IMG/VR virus record: IMGVR_UViG_3300042868_007692
Location: 1 to 64,000 of that record
Direction: 5' to 3' (one strand)
Length of the DNA: 64,000 nt
Source: a virus
This document shows positions 16,622 to 25,475 of the stretch, piece by piece. The position numbers and the translations under genes were made by a program. Under the pieces are notes generated by a model that saw nothing but the letters and a program-made list of their open reading frames with translations, was not told where the DNA came from and ran no database searches. Numbering within the stretch: the stretch's first letter is position 1; every line of letters begins with the position of its first letter.

Positions 16622-19342
16622 ATGGCTAAAATTTTGGTGTTAGCACCGTCAGGTTTCGGTAAGTCCACCAGTATAGGACAGATTCCAGAATTAGGAATTA
16701 AAGGGTTAACTCCTGAAGAGACTTTTCTTATTTCAGTAACTTCTAAACCTCTTCCATTTAAAGGGAGTGGTGCAGCATATCCAATATGCCAACCTGGAGA
16801 TTTAAAATCAGGTAGAAGAATTATTACTGATGATGCAAAAGCTATATCAGAAATCTTCTTAGCTTTAGTTGCAAGTCCTTACAAGAATATTGTATGGGAT
16901 GACAGTAACTATGTTATGCAGAATTGGTATATGGCTAATGCTTTAGCTAAAGGTTGGGATAGAATGGTGTCCTCTTTCTAAGAAATTAGAAAGTAATTAA
17001 ATTGGGCAAAAACGGTGAAAAGATTATAGATTTTTCATAAAAAATGTTTATATTTGTACAAAATAAAATTGTATGAAAATAAATAATTATAATAAAGACT
17101 TCTTTAAAGAAATTGACACAGAACTCAAGGCTTACATTTTAGGTTATATTGTAGCAGATGGTTGTATAACTATTGAACACAGACCTTTAAAACCCAATAA
17201 TCCTATAAAAAGAGTTCAGTTTCAACCTTCTATAGATGATTTACAAGTAATTACTTTGATCAGAGATGTTATTGCACCTACAAATAAGTTGACTATTGTC
17301 ACTAATAAAAGAGAAGGTAACAGAAAAGATACAGTAAAACTTAGACTTGCGTGTACTGAAATAGTTAAAGACTTAATGACCCTTTACAATGTAAAACCTA
17401 GAAAAACTTATGATACAACTTTTAGATTTCCTAATATTAGAGAAGATTTAAAAAGACATTTTATAAGAGGTTTTATAGATGGAGATGGTAGTATAGGTAC
17501 AAGACATTTTTCTATGATTTGCAACTCAAAATTATTTGCAGAAGATATTTTAAAAGAATTTTTAAAAGCTATACCTAATTTGAAATACTATATTTATGAT
17601 GAAAATAGAAGTCAAACTACTTATTATTCTTTACACTTTAGTGTAAATAAAAAATCAAGAGTTGATTTATTTAATTTTATCTACAAAAACTGTAATTTCA
17701 GGTTAAATAGAAAGTATGAAAAAGCTCTCAATGCCGTGTTAAACAGTAACAGTAAAGAGTTATTGTCAATGTAACGCATAGGAACTGAAACTCTTAATAA
17801 GAGAATATAATGTTCCCAAGAGTGTCCAATACCTGACCAAATAAAGTTGAAGGTAAAAATGTATGCTGACCTTACAGGAGATATAAGTACTGTAAGAACT
17901 AGAGGATAAAAAGCCTTTAGGATAACAAGGGTGGCCCCTAAACAAATTGGTTTTATGATGGGTAGAATCTTTGATGCTATTGAGAAGTTAGATGCTGCAG
18001 GTAAAAATGTAATCATCTTAGCTCATGGTGACAGTGTTCCTGGACCTGATGGTAGAATCTATATGAAGTACAAATCTACAGGTAAGATGGTTGCTTAACA
18101 TCAGCCATTATCTATCTAACTGCTGGGATACCCTAAAGCTCTATAAGCTACAACATAATTTGAAAAAGTAAGTGTGAATGCTAAAAATTATAGAGATGGC
18201 TAATGGGCAATCAGCAGCCAAGACCCTAAGACTTAAGATGTTATGGGTAAGGTTCACAGACTATCCTCTGTTGTGGAGGAGTACAGAGAAAAGTGATTAT
18301 TTTCTTTGGAAATGGTAGACATAAGTTTTGCATATAACCAGATGTTTTGTATATTTGTACTATGAAAACAGTGAAAATATATAAGCTTATAGACCCTACT
18401 TCATTAGAAGTAAGGTATGTAGGCAAGACAGAAAAAACACTAAAGCATAGACTATCTATGCATGTTACTACTTCAATCAAAAACAAAAATAAAACTCATA
18501 AAGAAGCTTGGATAACCGGGTTATCTTTTATGGGTTTTAGACCCTTAATTGAACTTATAGAGGAAGTTAATTTTGAAGATTGGCAAGAAAAAGAGATTTA
18601 TTGGATAACTCAATTTGAAAACTTAACTAACACTTGTAGTGGAGGCATAGGAGGAACAGGTAGAGTATATTCAGAATCAGAAAGATTGCAAAGGTCAATT
18701 ACTATGAAAAAGCTTATTGGTGAAGGTAAAATAGATTATACAGAAAGGGCACTAAAAATTTCTCAATCTCATAAAGGTAAAATATTATCTGAAATGACTA
18801 AAGAAAAATTAAGACAGTGCAATTTAGGTAAAAAACAATCTAGGGAACAAAAATTAAAAACAGCTAGAAAAGTAATAAGAATTGATAAAGAAAATAACAA
18901 AGTAGTGTTTGACAGTCTTGCAGAAGCAAGTATAGCTTTAGGTGCAAATACACAAAAACAAATAAGTATTTTTAGAGGAAATATTTGTACTGTGTGTAAA
19001 GGCAATTTAAAAAGCTATAAAGGTTATAAATGGCAATATTATGAAGATATAGTCGATTCCTTATAGAAATATAAGGGTATGTTGTGTTAAGGATAATCTC
19101 TTAACTGAATAGCAACTTACAAACAAAGTGATGAGTATTTGACTGTAGAGGGTAAAGTAGACGTAACTCTTATTGGTATTAGTAGATATGATGCTACTGA
19201 TAAAAAAGCAGTAAAAGAGTTCTTAACCAATGAAAATGAGCAATATTCTTCAGCTAAATCTCCTATTGGAATGTTTGATAAACAATTCATTCCTAATGAT
19301 TTAGGACATGTAGTAGAAAAAATTGCTGAGTATTATGGCTAG
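16622..19342 (+). CDS. AAA-family (Sak4-like) P-loop ATPase, spliced: exons 16622-16960, 17934-18091, 19129-19342; 236 aa
   Basis: Walker A APSGFGKST, Walker B IVWDD; junctions KGWD|APKQIG and STGKMV|DEYLTVEG; IILAH; AKSPIGMF. Confidence 0.9.
16961..17933 (+). mobile_element. Group I intron 1 of the AAA ATPase
   Basis: P1 GGGAT/GTCCT with U.G; P7 GCATA/TATGC; TTGGGCA/TGTCCAA pairing; terminal G 17933; removal restores the frame. Confidence 0.88.
17073..17774 (+). CDS. Intron-encoded double-motif LAGLIDADG endonuclease
   Basis: AYILGYIVADGCI and HFIRGFIDGDGSI; TATATTTG at 17049-17056. Confidence 0.92.
   Translation: MKINNYNKDFFKEIDTELKAYILGYIVADGCITIEHRPLKPNNPIKRVQFQPSIDDLQVITLIRDVIAPTNKLTIVTNKREGNRKDTVKLRLACTEIVKDLMTLYNVKPRKTYDTTFRFPNIREDLKRHFIRGFIDGDGSIGTRHFSMICNSKLFAEDILKEFLKAIPNLKYYIYDENRSQTTYYSLHFSVNKKSRVDLFNFIYKNCNFRLNRKYEKALNAVLNSNSKELLSM
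18327..18357 (+). promoter_or_regulatory. Bacteroidetes sigma70-type promoter for the intron endonuclease
   Basis: TTTG-N19-TATATTTG, ATG 4 nt downstream. Confidence 0.75.
18362..19066 (+). CDS. Intron-encoded GIY-YIG homing endonuclease (NUMOD3/NUMOD1-like tail)
   Basis: KIYKLIDP...RYVGKT, LTN..GG, KISQSHKG, YKGYKWQY; paralog of 12652..13206. Confidence 0.9.
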   Translation: MKTVKIYKLIDPTSLEVRYVGKTEKTLKHRLSMHVTTSIKNKNKTHKEAWITGLSFMGFRPLIELIEEVNFEDWQEKEIYWITQFENLTNTCSGGIGGTGRVYSESERLQRSITMKKLIGEGKIDYTERALKISQSHKGKILSEMTKEKLRQCNLGKKQSREQKLKTARKVIRIDKENNKVVFDSLAEASIALGANTQKQISIFRGNICTVCKGNLKSYKGYKWQYYEDIVDSL

Positions 19343-19529
19343 TTTTCCTTGGATTGCAACCCTATTAATAGGCTTTGTTGTTGGAGCTGTAATAGGAGTA
19401 GGTTTAGTAGCTTTAGTTTTTGATAAAAAACCTACTGAAAATCTTTGTCCAAGATGTGAAAATGAAACTGAAGAAGAAAGACAGTTGAAACAAGATTGGG
19501 CAGATCAACAAAAAGGATATATAAATTAA
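19335..19529 (+). CDS. Small membrane protein with CxxC
   Basis: N-terminal TM helix, LCPRC; ATG 19335 preferred. Confidence 0.65.
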   Translation: MASFPWIATLLIGFVVGAVIGVGLVALVFDKKPTENLCPRCENETEEERQLKQDWADQQKGYIN

Positions 19530-19547
19530 TTTAAAACAGATATTATT

Positions 19548-19937
19548 ATGTCACAAAATGCAGAGCAACAAGCTCCATTGAGAATCACTATTAGTGAAGT
19601 AAAAGGTCTTTTAGACTTAGGTAAAAGCAGAAAAGAAATTGCTGACCATTATGGTAAAAGTATGGCAGAAATGCAAAGAACTGTTTGGAGTCATCCAAAA
19701 TTGAAAAATCTTAAAGCTAAGAAACAATACACAGGTATTGAGCTTGAAGATGATACAGAAGATGCTCCTGTAGCTGAAGTGAGTGACCAAATTACTGATG
19801 CAGTAACTCAAGAAGTGGCTCATGTTCCTGGACCAGAGGCTAACCATGCTTTTGAAAACCAAGAAGAAATGGGAACTCAAGCTGTAGAAGAAAATGCTCC
19901 TGTAGCTACTGAGACAGTAGAAGAAACTTGGAGATAA
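19548..19937 (+). CDS. HTH-like protein with acidic tail
   Basis: GKSRKEIADHYGKS helix-turn-helix pattern; Glu-rich C-terminus. Confidence 0.6.
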   Translation: MSQNAEQQAPLRITISEVKGLLDLGKSRKEIADHYGKSMAEMQRTVWSHPKLKNLKAKKQYTGIELEDDTEDAPVAEVSDQITDAVTQEVAHVPGPEANHAFENQEEMGTQAVEENAPVATETVEETWR

Positions 19938-19967
19938 GAATTGTTTAATTAATAAAAATAGGCTAAT

Positions 19968-20741
19968 ATGTCACAATTACAAGGATACGGATTTGTATCA
20001 GATTCAGATGAATCATTGAAAACTAAAACAGGTGCTAAATTTGGTGGTAACTTTGGTGTTGCTTTCTTAACTAAATTTGCTTACAGTGCAAATGTAGCTA
20101 AAGCAGGCCAAGAAGCTAGAGAAGCTATTGAGTTAGAAGTAACTGTAGGAGAAAGAGGTTACAAAGAATGGATTAACCCTGTAGATCAAGTAAAGGATAA
20201 GAATAATGTAGTAATTACAGACAAAAACTCTCCTGAGTACATTGCTGGGTTTAATGCTCTTATTGTTCAACAAAATGCTACAGTGACTCACTACTTGAAA
20301 GCAGTAGGTGTAACTGAAGAGGCTTTGAGAGCAGCATTTACAACGGCTCCAGTAAGTTTTGCAGATTATGCACAAAGAATTTGTTCACTTTTACCTATTG
20401 GTTATGATAAAAAACCACTAGATTTGTTCCTTGAATATCAATGGAATTTTGGTAAGAAACAAGATGGGTCTTTAAATGATAAGACTTATCCAACTTTACC
20501 AAAAAACATGAAAGGTGGTTACTTTATTGTTCCTGCTCAACCTGGAGTTTGGGTAGAAGCTAAAAGTGAAGATGGAAGATTAAGTTACAACAATTCTAAT
20601 GGACAAAAACATCCATTTGAAAGAGATGCTAACTTTATGTCTTCTCACAAAGGTACTCAACAAGTAATGGGAGCTTCAGTAGCTGCAGCTTCTCCAATGG
20701 GAGCTATGACAGCAGCAGCTCCTGGTAATGGTTGGTCATAA
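19968..20741 (+). CDS. Hypothetical protein (candidate SSB or annealing partner)
   Basis: 257 aa; flexible Ala-rich tail ending in W-S; lies between the AAA ATPase and primase. Confidence 0.7.
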   Translation: MSQLQGYGFVSDSDESLKTKTGAKFGGNFGVAFLTKFAYSANVAKAGQEAREAIELEVTVGERGYKEWINPVDQVKDKNNVVITDKNSPEYIAGFNALIVQQNATVTHYLKAVGVTEEALRAAFTTAPVSFADYAQRICSLLPIGYDKKPLDLFLEYQWNFGKKQDGSLNDKTYPTLPKNMKGGYFIVPAQPGVWVEAKSEDGRLSYNNSNGQKHPFERDANFMSSHKGTQQVMGASVAAASPMGAMTAAAPGNGWS

Positions 20742-20773
20742 TTTAACATAACTTAAAAAATCCTCTTCTAAAT

Positions 20774-21802
20774 ATGAGCTTATTTCAATACAATTCAGAT
20801 AAACTTGATAGAAGAGGATATATAAGTAAGGAAAGTATTTTGTCTTTAGTTACTCAAGAAGATGTATTTGAGTTAGTGTTCAAATTTAAACCTGAAGAAT
20901 TTGAGTATGTAGTATCTCCTTTAAGAAATGATGATGTACCAGGATGTTGGTTTTCTTATCATGATAATGGTACTCTCTATTTTGTAGACTTTGGTAATTC
21001 TAGGACTCATAGTGATTGTTTTAATATAGTCCAGGACTATTACAAATTTCCAAACTTCTATTTGACTTTAGAATTTATTCATAACTCTTTAATTAGAGGT
21101 AAGACTGAATTAAAGGAAATAGAACCTAAAAAAATAATCCAAAAAGTATCCAAAGAAGGAGTCAAACTCTTAATAGAAGCAAGACCATTTAGTGAGCAAG
21201 ATGGTTATTTCTGGTCTAAGTATGGTATTAGTAAAGCCAATCTAAAAGAAGACAGAGTTTTTCCTATTCATAGATTATATGCTTTGAATACTAAAACAGG
21301 AAGTCATGCTATTGAATGCAAAGATTTAGCATACAGTTACACTGATTTTCCTGAAGCTAGAAAGAAAATCTATTTTCCTTTAAGACAAGGAAAGAATAGG
21401 TTCATTACTAATTGTAATAAAGATGATGTAGGTGGCATCAACTCTCTGTCTCAATATAGTAAGCAACTTATTATTTCTAAAAGCTACAAGGATTATAGAG
21501 TACTTAAAAATAATGGAAAAAATGTAGTTTGGTTTCAAAATGAAGGTATGATACCCAATAATGAAATTATAAACAAATTGGTTAAACTTTATTCAGAAAT
21601 TATTGTATGGTTTGACAATGATCAGCCTGGAATTATAGCTTCAGAAAAAGTCAAACAACATATAAATTCCATTATTCCAAGTAGAGCTAAAAATCTATGG
21701 CTACCTGAGAGAGGGTTAGAAATAGGGGTTAAAGACCCTTCAGATTGTATAGCTAAAGACCCTATTTATTTTCAACAATTCTTAAAAGACTTTACAAAAT
21801 GA
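20774..21802 (+). CDS. DNA primase (TOPRIM)
   Basis: SPLRNDDVPGC N-domain, KSYKD, QNEG, WFDNDQPG, KDPSD. Confidence 0.85.
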   Translation: MSLFQYNSDKLDRRGYISKESILSLVTQEDVFELVFKFKPEEFEYVVSPLRNDDVPGCWFSYHDNGTLYFVDFGNSRTHSDCFNIVQDYYKFPNFYLTLEFIHNSLIRGKTELKEIEPKKIIQKVSKEGVKLLIEARPFSEQDGYFWSKYGISKANLKEDRVFPIHRLYALNTKTGSHAIECKDLAYSYTDFPEARKKIYFPLRQGKNRFITNCNKDDVGGINSLSQYSKQLIISKSYKDYRVLKNNGKNVVWFQNEGMIPNNEIINKLVKLYSEIIVWFDNDQPGIIASEKVKQHINSIIPSRAKNLWLPERGLEIGVKDPSDCIAKDPIYFQQFLKDFTK

Positions 21803-22338
21803 ATTTCAATCATATTCATTATTCTTGGAAACCCCTTCTAAGAGAATTTAATACAGATGCTTTTCTTTACTTTAAAAATGAAGTCCTTCCAAAAGAAAAA
21901 TATTACCCTGAAGCTGATAAAGTTTTCAGGGTTTTTTCTATGCCTGTGTCAGCTATTAAAATAGTAGTTATTGGCTCATGGAAACACCCTAATATCAGAG
22001 AAATAGAAAAGCAAGGCTTATTCTGGCTACCTATTTCCTTAACACAAGGTGTAGATGTGGACCACACAGAATATTGGGAGCCCTTCATTAAAAAGGTAGT
22101 GTATTTTATATCCAAGAGTAACCCTACTATTTGGATAATGCCTACAACAGAAGCACAAAGATTTACAGCTAATCTACCTGTCAAATCTATATTTAATGTG
22201 CTAAGATATGATGATAGCCTTATTAATCAGATTCCCATCAATGTAGATTACAATTATGTGTTTAAAGGTATTTATGTAAATACTGAACACATAAACATCC
22301 TCCTAAAGAGATTAGGTAGGGAAACAATTAATTGGTAA
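21799..22338 (+). CDS. Degenerate uracil-DNA glycosylase-like protein
   Basis: IHYSW..LL, YYP...VFRVF..P...IKIVVIG, LT.G...H..YWEPF match the family-1 UNG scaffold; GQDPY and HPSP motifs absent. Confidence 0.7.
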   Translation: MNFNHIHYSWKPLLREFNTDAFLYFKNEVLPKEKYYPEADKVFRVFSMPVSAIKIVVIGSWKHPNIREIEKQGLFWLPISLTQGVDVDHTEYWEPFIKKVVYFISKSNPTIWIMPTTEAQRFTANLPVKSIFNVLRYDDSLINQIPINVDYNYVFKGIYVNTEHINILLKRLGRETINW

Positions 22339-22357
22339 TTTAATCTAGAAAAAAATC

Positions 22358-23107
22358 ATGAGTGAAGTACAAGCTCCGGTTACTACTGAAAGAGAAGTAA
22401 CAATTTATGCCACTAGAGGTGGTAACATGAAAAAAATCATGACATCTGTTAAAACTTGGGGAGAATTACAACCCTTAGTTAGAGGAGAAGGTTTTGATTT
22501 AGGTTCATTATTAGCTGCTGAGAACATCAACAAGACAGACCTTGTTAATGATTTAGCAATATTACCTGAAGGAAACTTCAGATTATTCTTAAGACCAAAA
22601 CAAACTAAGTCTGGTGCAACTCCTGATAGAAAAGAATGTTTTGCTATTATCAAAGCTCATTTAGCTGTTTACCCTAATGATAAACAAAAGTTTATCATTG
22701 ATGGTAAAAACATGACTCAGTTATCTACTCCTGTAGTACAGGATTTAGTGGCTAAGTATTGTAAAGGTACTGATATTGCATCTGCTGTTGCTGAAGCTCC
22801 AGTTAAAGAGAAAGCTCCAAAAGCTGAAGTTGTAAAAAAAGTAGAAGATGTTGTAGAGTCTGTAAAAGAATCTAAAACTGAAAATACTCCAGCTACACCT
22901 CTTACAGATGCTGTGAGAGTTGAAGAAGCTTTAAAACTTATTGCTCCTTTATCAGGTTATGACTCTTATGCTAAAGTAGAAAAGCATTTGAATAGACTTT
23001 CTGATGAAATAGCTATTGCAAATGCTCCTGCTCCAGAAATGAAAGAAGAAACTGAAGAAGAGGCTTTAGCTAGAGAAGCTAGAGAACTGTCTGCAGGTTA
23101 CAGATAA
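22358..23107 (+). CDS. Putative ubiquitin-like (beta-grasp) protein precursor with C-terminal extension
   Basis: Residues ~12-86: strand-strand-helix (TWGEL) ... final strand FRLFLRP then KQTKSG(86); first gene of the E2/JAB/E1 cluster. Confidence 0.65.
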   Translation: MSEVQAPVTTEREVTIYATRGGNMKKIMTSVKTWGELQPLVRGEGFDLGSLLAAENINKTDLVNDLAILPEGNFRLFLRPKQTKSGATPDRKECFAIIKAHLAVYPNDKQKFIIDGKNMTQLSTPVVQDLVAKYCKGTDIASAVAEAPVKEKAPKAEVVKKVEDVVESVKESKTENTPATPLTDAVRVEEALKLIAPLSGYDSYAKVEKHLNRLSDEIAIANAPAPEMKEETEEEALAREARELSAGYR

Positions 23108-23114
23108 TATTAAT

Positions 23115-23150
23115 AAAGGGCTTATGTAATGTAAGCCCTTTTAATTTTTT
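23115..23150 (+). terminator. Intrinsic terminator between the Ubl and E2-like genes
   Basis: AAAGGGCTTAT-gtaat-GTAAGCCCTTT plus T-rich tail. Confidence 0.8.
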
Positions 23151-23155
23151 ATATT

Positions 23156-24349
23156 ATGTATATAGATGATCATCAATTACCATTTTATGAAGAAGTAGGT
23201 CAAATACTTCATAATGCTTTATTAATGAATACTCATAAAAACAAAGAATTTTTACAGTTTTTGTTTGATAAAGGTAAACTACAATTACATGGCTACCCTA
23301 ATCCTAATCAAAAAGCTATCAATGAATTTTTTAGACTTTTAGATTTATTTGAAGCTAAATACAAAAGTTTTTATGACCTAGGTTTTCATACTAAAGATGG
23401 ATACTTACAACCTTACTTTAAAGTCTTATATCCCAAGTTTACTATTGAAAATAGTGCAGGAGAAAGCCATCAAATAAGAGATTTAATAGTAGTTCATAGA
23501 ATAGCTTATAATACAAATGAAGAAGGTCATATCTATACTAGAAAACCTTTAGGAGGCAGACTAAGTAAATTTAAACTAGAAGTAGTAGGAGGTTATCAAC
23601 AAAGTCATTTAGGTTCTCATTCAAATTGGAAAAATGACCCTTTTTATACTTCAGAATTTTGTGTAGGTGGAGATACTGATGTAAGTAGAATGATAGCTGA
23701 ATTTAAAGTAGAGATGGATTGGGACAGATATGAATTATACTTATTTTGTGTTGATTCTATGGTTACTTGGGAGTCTTTAGAAGGTGTTCCTTATACAAAA
23801 ATAAGAAATATTAAGAATGCTCTTAATAACCAGGTTACTTCTGTAGATGCATCTTATGTAAGAAGAGTTGTTGATAAAATTACAAAAAATGAAATTGCTT
23901 TAGATTTAGACTTTTACATAGAGAATGGTTTATACAGAATTAGACCTAATGAAAAAGCTAATGAGTTTATTAAAAATATAGTTTTACAAACTCTTACTTT
24001 TGAGCAATACAAAGAAATCTTAGTTAGTAGAGTACCTAATACTTTCAATGAATTTCTTCAAATGAAAGCTGAGCAAGATGCTCAACAAAACTATAAAATA
24101 AGTTATCCTACTAGATACACTATTTTTAGAGGCAAAAAAGTCTTTGCCAAAATACTTAAAGAAGACACAAGAAATGAACCTGTTGTCTCTTTAGAAAACC
24201 TTATTGTTTATCCTAATTTTTTAAAAGATGTCCTTAGTCAACTTGAGTCAAGAATCTATAGCAAAGCAGTTACCCAGAGTGGAATTAAAATCTACAATTC
24301 CCTTGGTAATGCCAATAGAAGTATTACATCAGATTCAGTATCTGTGTAA
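23156..24349 (+). CDS. Putative prokaryotic E2-like (UBC-fold) protein
   Basis: YQQSHL...EFC(169)VG resembles the E2 HPN...ICL active-site flap; followed by a helix and WESLEGVPY; context supports it. Confidence 0.55.
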   Translation: MYIDDHQLPFYEEVGQILHNALLMNTHKNKEFLQFLFDKGKLQLHGYPNPNQKAINEFFRLLDLFEAKYKSFYDLGFHTKDGYLQPYFKVLYPKFTIENSAGESHQIRDLIVVHRIAYNTNEEGHIYTRKPLGGRLSKFKLEVVGGYQQSHLGSHSNWKNDPFYTSEFCVGGDTDVSRMIAEFKVEMDWDRYELYLFCVDSMVTWESLEGVPYTKIRNIKNALNNQVTSVDASYVRRVVDKITKNEIALDLDFYIENGLYRIRPNEKANEFIKNIVLQTLTFEQYKEILVSRVPNTFNEFLQMKAEQDAQQNYKISYPTRYTIFRGKKVFAKILKEDTRNEPVVSLENLIVYPNFLKDVLSQLESRIYSKAVTQSGIKIYNSLGNANRSITSDSVSV

Positions 24350-25475
24350 AAATATACCAAAAGTAGAGTGGTCAGGTGCTCTATTTTATACTACAGAAGG
24401 TAGTATTGAAAAACCTGGAACATTCAAAATTACTTTAAAGACAATTCTTCCATTAGATATGGGTAGTTCAGCTTATACTGAATACAATCTTGATGAAAGA
24501 TTTATGGATTTTATTGAAGAAGATTTTGAAGAAAGATGTACTTGGAAATTAGGTCATATTCATAGTCATAATGTAATGAGTGTTTTCTTCTCAGGTACAG
24601 ATATGGCAGAGCTTAATGACAATGCTCCAGCACATAATTTTTATCTTTCTTTGATAGTAAATAACTATATGGACTTTATTGCCAAAGTTGCTTTTATTGG
24701 AGAAGCTAAAAAAGATATTAAACAGGTTCCTTATACAGCTAAGAATGCTGAAGGCCATAATTATATCATTGAAAGACAAGACTTTGAAGTTAAGACTAAA
24801 AAGTTGTTTATTTATGATTGTGACATTGATACTCCTAAGAATACAATCTTAGTGACAGATCAATTTTCTGCTCAAGTAGCTAAAATTATGGAGCCTAAAC
24901 CTGTAAAAAAAGTAGAATCTAAATGGCCTGCTACTACTACTACTACTACTACAGGAAAGGGATGGCAAAGAAAGGATAATACCAGGCAATTCAAATCACA
25001 AGAAGACAGGGAAATGGAAAGTTGGAACAAAAGCTTTCAGAAAGAAACTAAAAAACCTTTCAATAATTGGGAAGATTGGGAATTACCTATTTCTACTTTA
25101 CTGGCTGAAGATTTAGAAGAAGAAGATTTAAAAGCAATGTATATTTATAATTTTGCTAAAGAATTATTTGATTTTACAGGAGGTTCTACACAAGAAGAAA
25201 CTTTAGAAGATGTTTTAGATATGTTAGTAGAGTTTAACTTAACTCCTTCTGAATTAGCTAAATCCGTAATTACAGAGTATGCTAAAGATTTTAATAAACA
25301 TTTTCCTAAAGCTAATGCTACTGAATTTGTTCAGTATACCCATGAAACTTTAGATTTATTAGAAGATGTGAAACAACTTTATCCTGAAATTGGATTAACT
25401 ATTAGAACTATTAGTTCTATGATTACTAAATTTATAGAAAATGAGACAGACAAGAGACACAACCCAGCAGTCTAG
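24228..25475 (+). CDS. JAB/JAMM (MPN+) metalloprotease with acidic C-terminal domain
   Basis: KVEWSG catalytic Glu and HSHNVMSVFFSGTD = HxHx7Sx2D; start uncertain (24228 or 24309). Confidence 0.9.
   Translation: MSLVNLSQESIAKQLPRVELKSTIPLVMPIEVLHQIQYLCKNIPKVEWSGALFYTTEGSIEKPGTFKITLKTILPLDMGSSAYTEYNLDERFMDFIEEDFEERCTWKLGHIHSHNVMSVFFSGTDMAELNDNAPAHNFYLSLIVNNYMDFIAKVAFIGEAKKDIKQVPYTAKNAEGHNYIIERQDFEVKTKKLFIYDCDIDTPKNTILVTDQFSAQVAKIMEPKPVKKVESKWPATTTTTTTGKGWQRKDNTRQFKSQEDREMESWNKSFQKETKKPFNNWEDWELPISTLLAEDLEEEDLKAMYIYNFAKELFDFTGGSTQEETLEDVLDMLVEFNLTPSELAKSVITEYAKDFNKHFPKANATEFVQYTHETLDLLEDVKQLYPEIGLTIRTISSMITKFIENETDKRHNPAV

Larger units (their letters stand above)
18092..19128 (+). mobile_element. 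Group I intron 2 of the AAA ATPase
   Basis: P1 ATGGT/GCCAT with U.G at 18091; P10 CATCA/TGATG; core CTGCTGGGA..AATCAGCAG; P7 GACTA/TAGTC; terminal G 19128; splits a Val codon GT|T. Confidence 0.92.

Noticed and set aside
11349-19342. Helicase and AAA ATPase fragments as pseudogenes or as evidence of stop-codon reassignment
   Set aside because: Group I intron cores with exact in-frame junctions explain the breaks; very long ORFs read normally in the standard code, and TAG, TAA and TGA all end genes
24933-24950. (ACT)6 microsatellite in the JAB gene
   Set aside because: In-frame poly-Thr in a disordered linker; length changes would not switch phase
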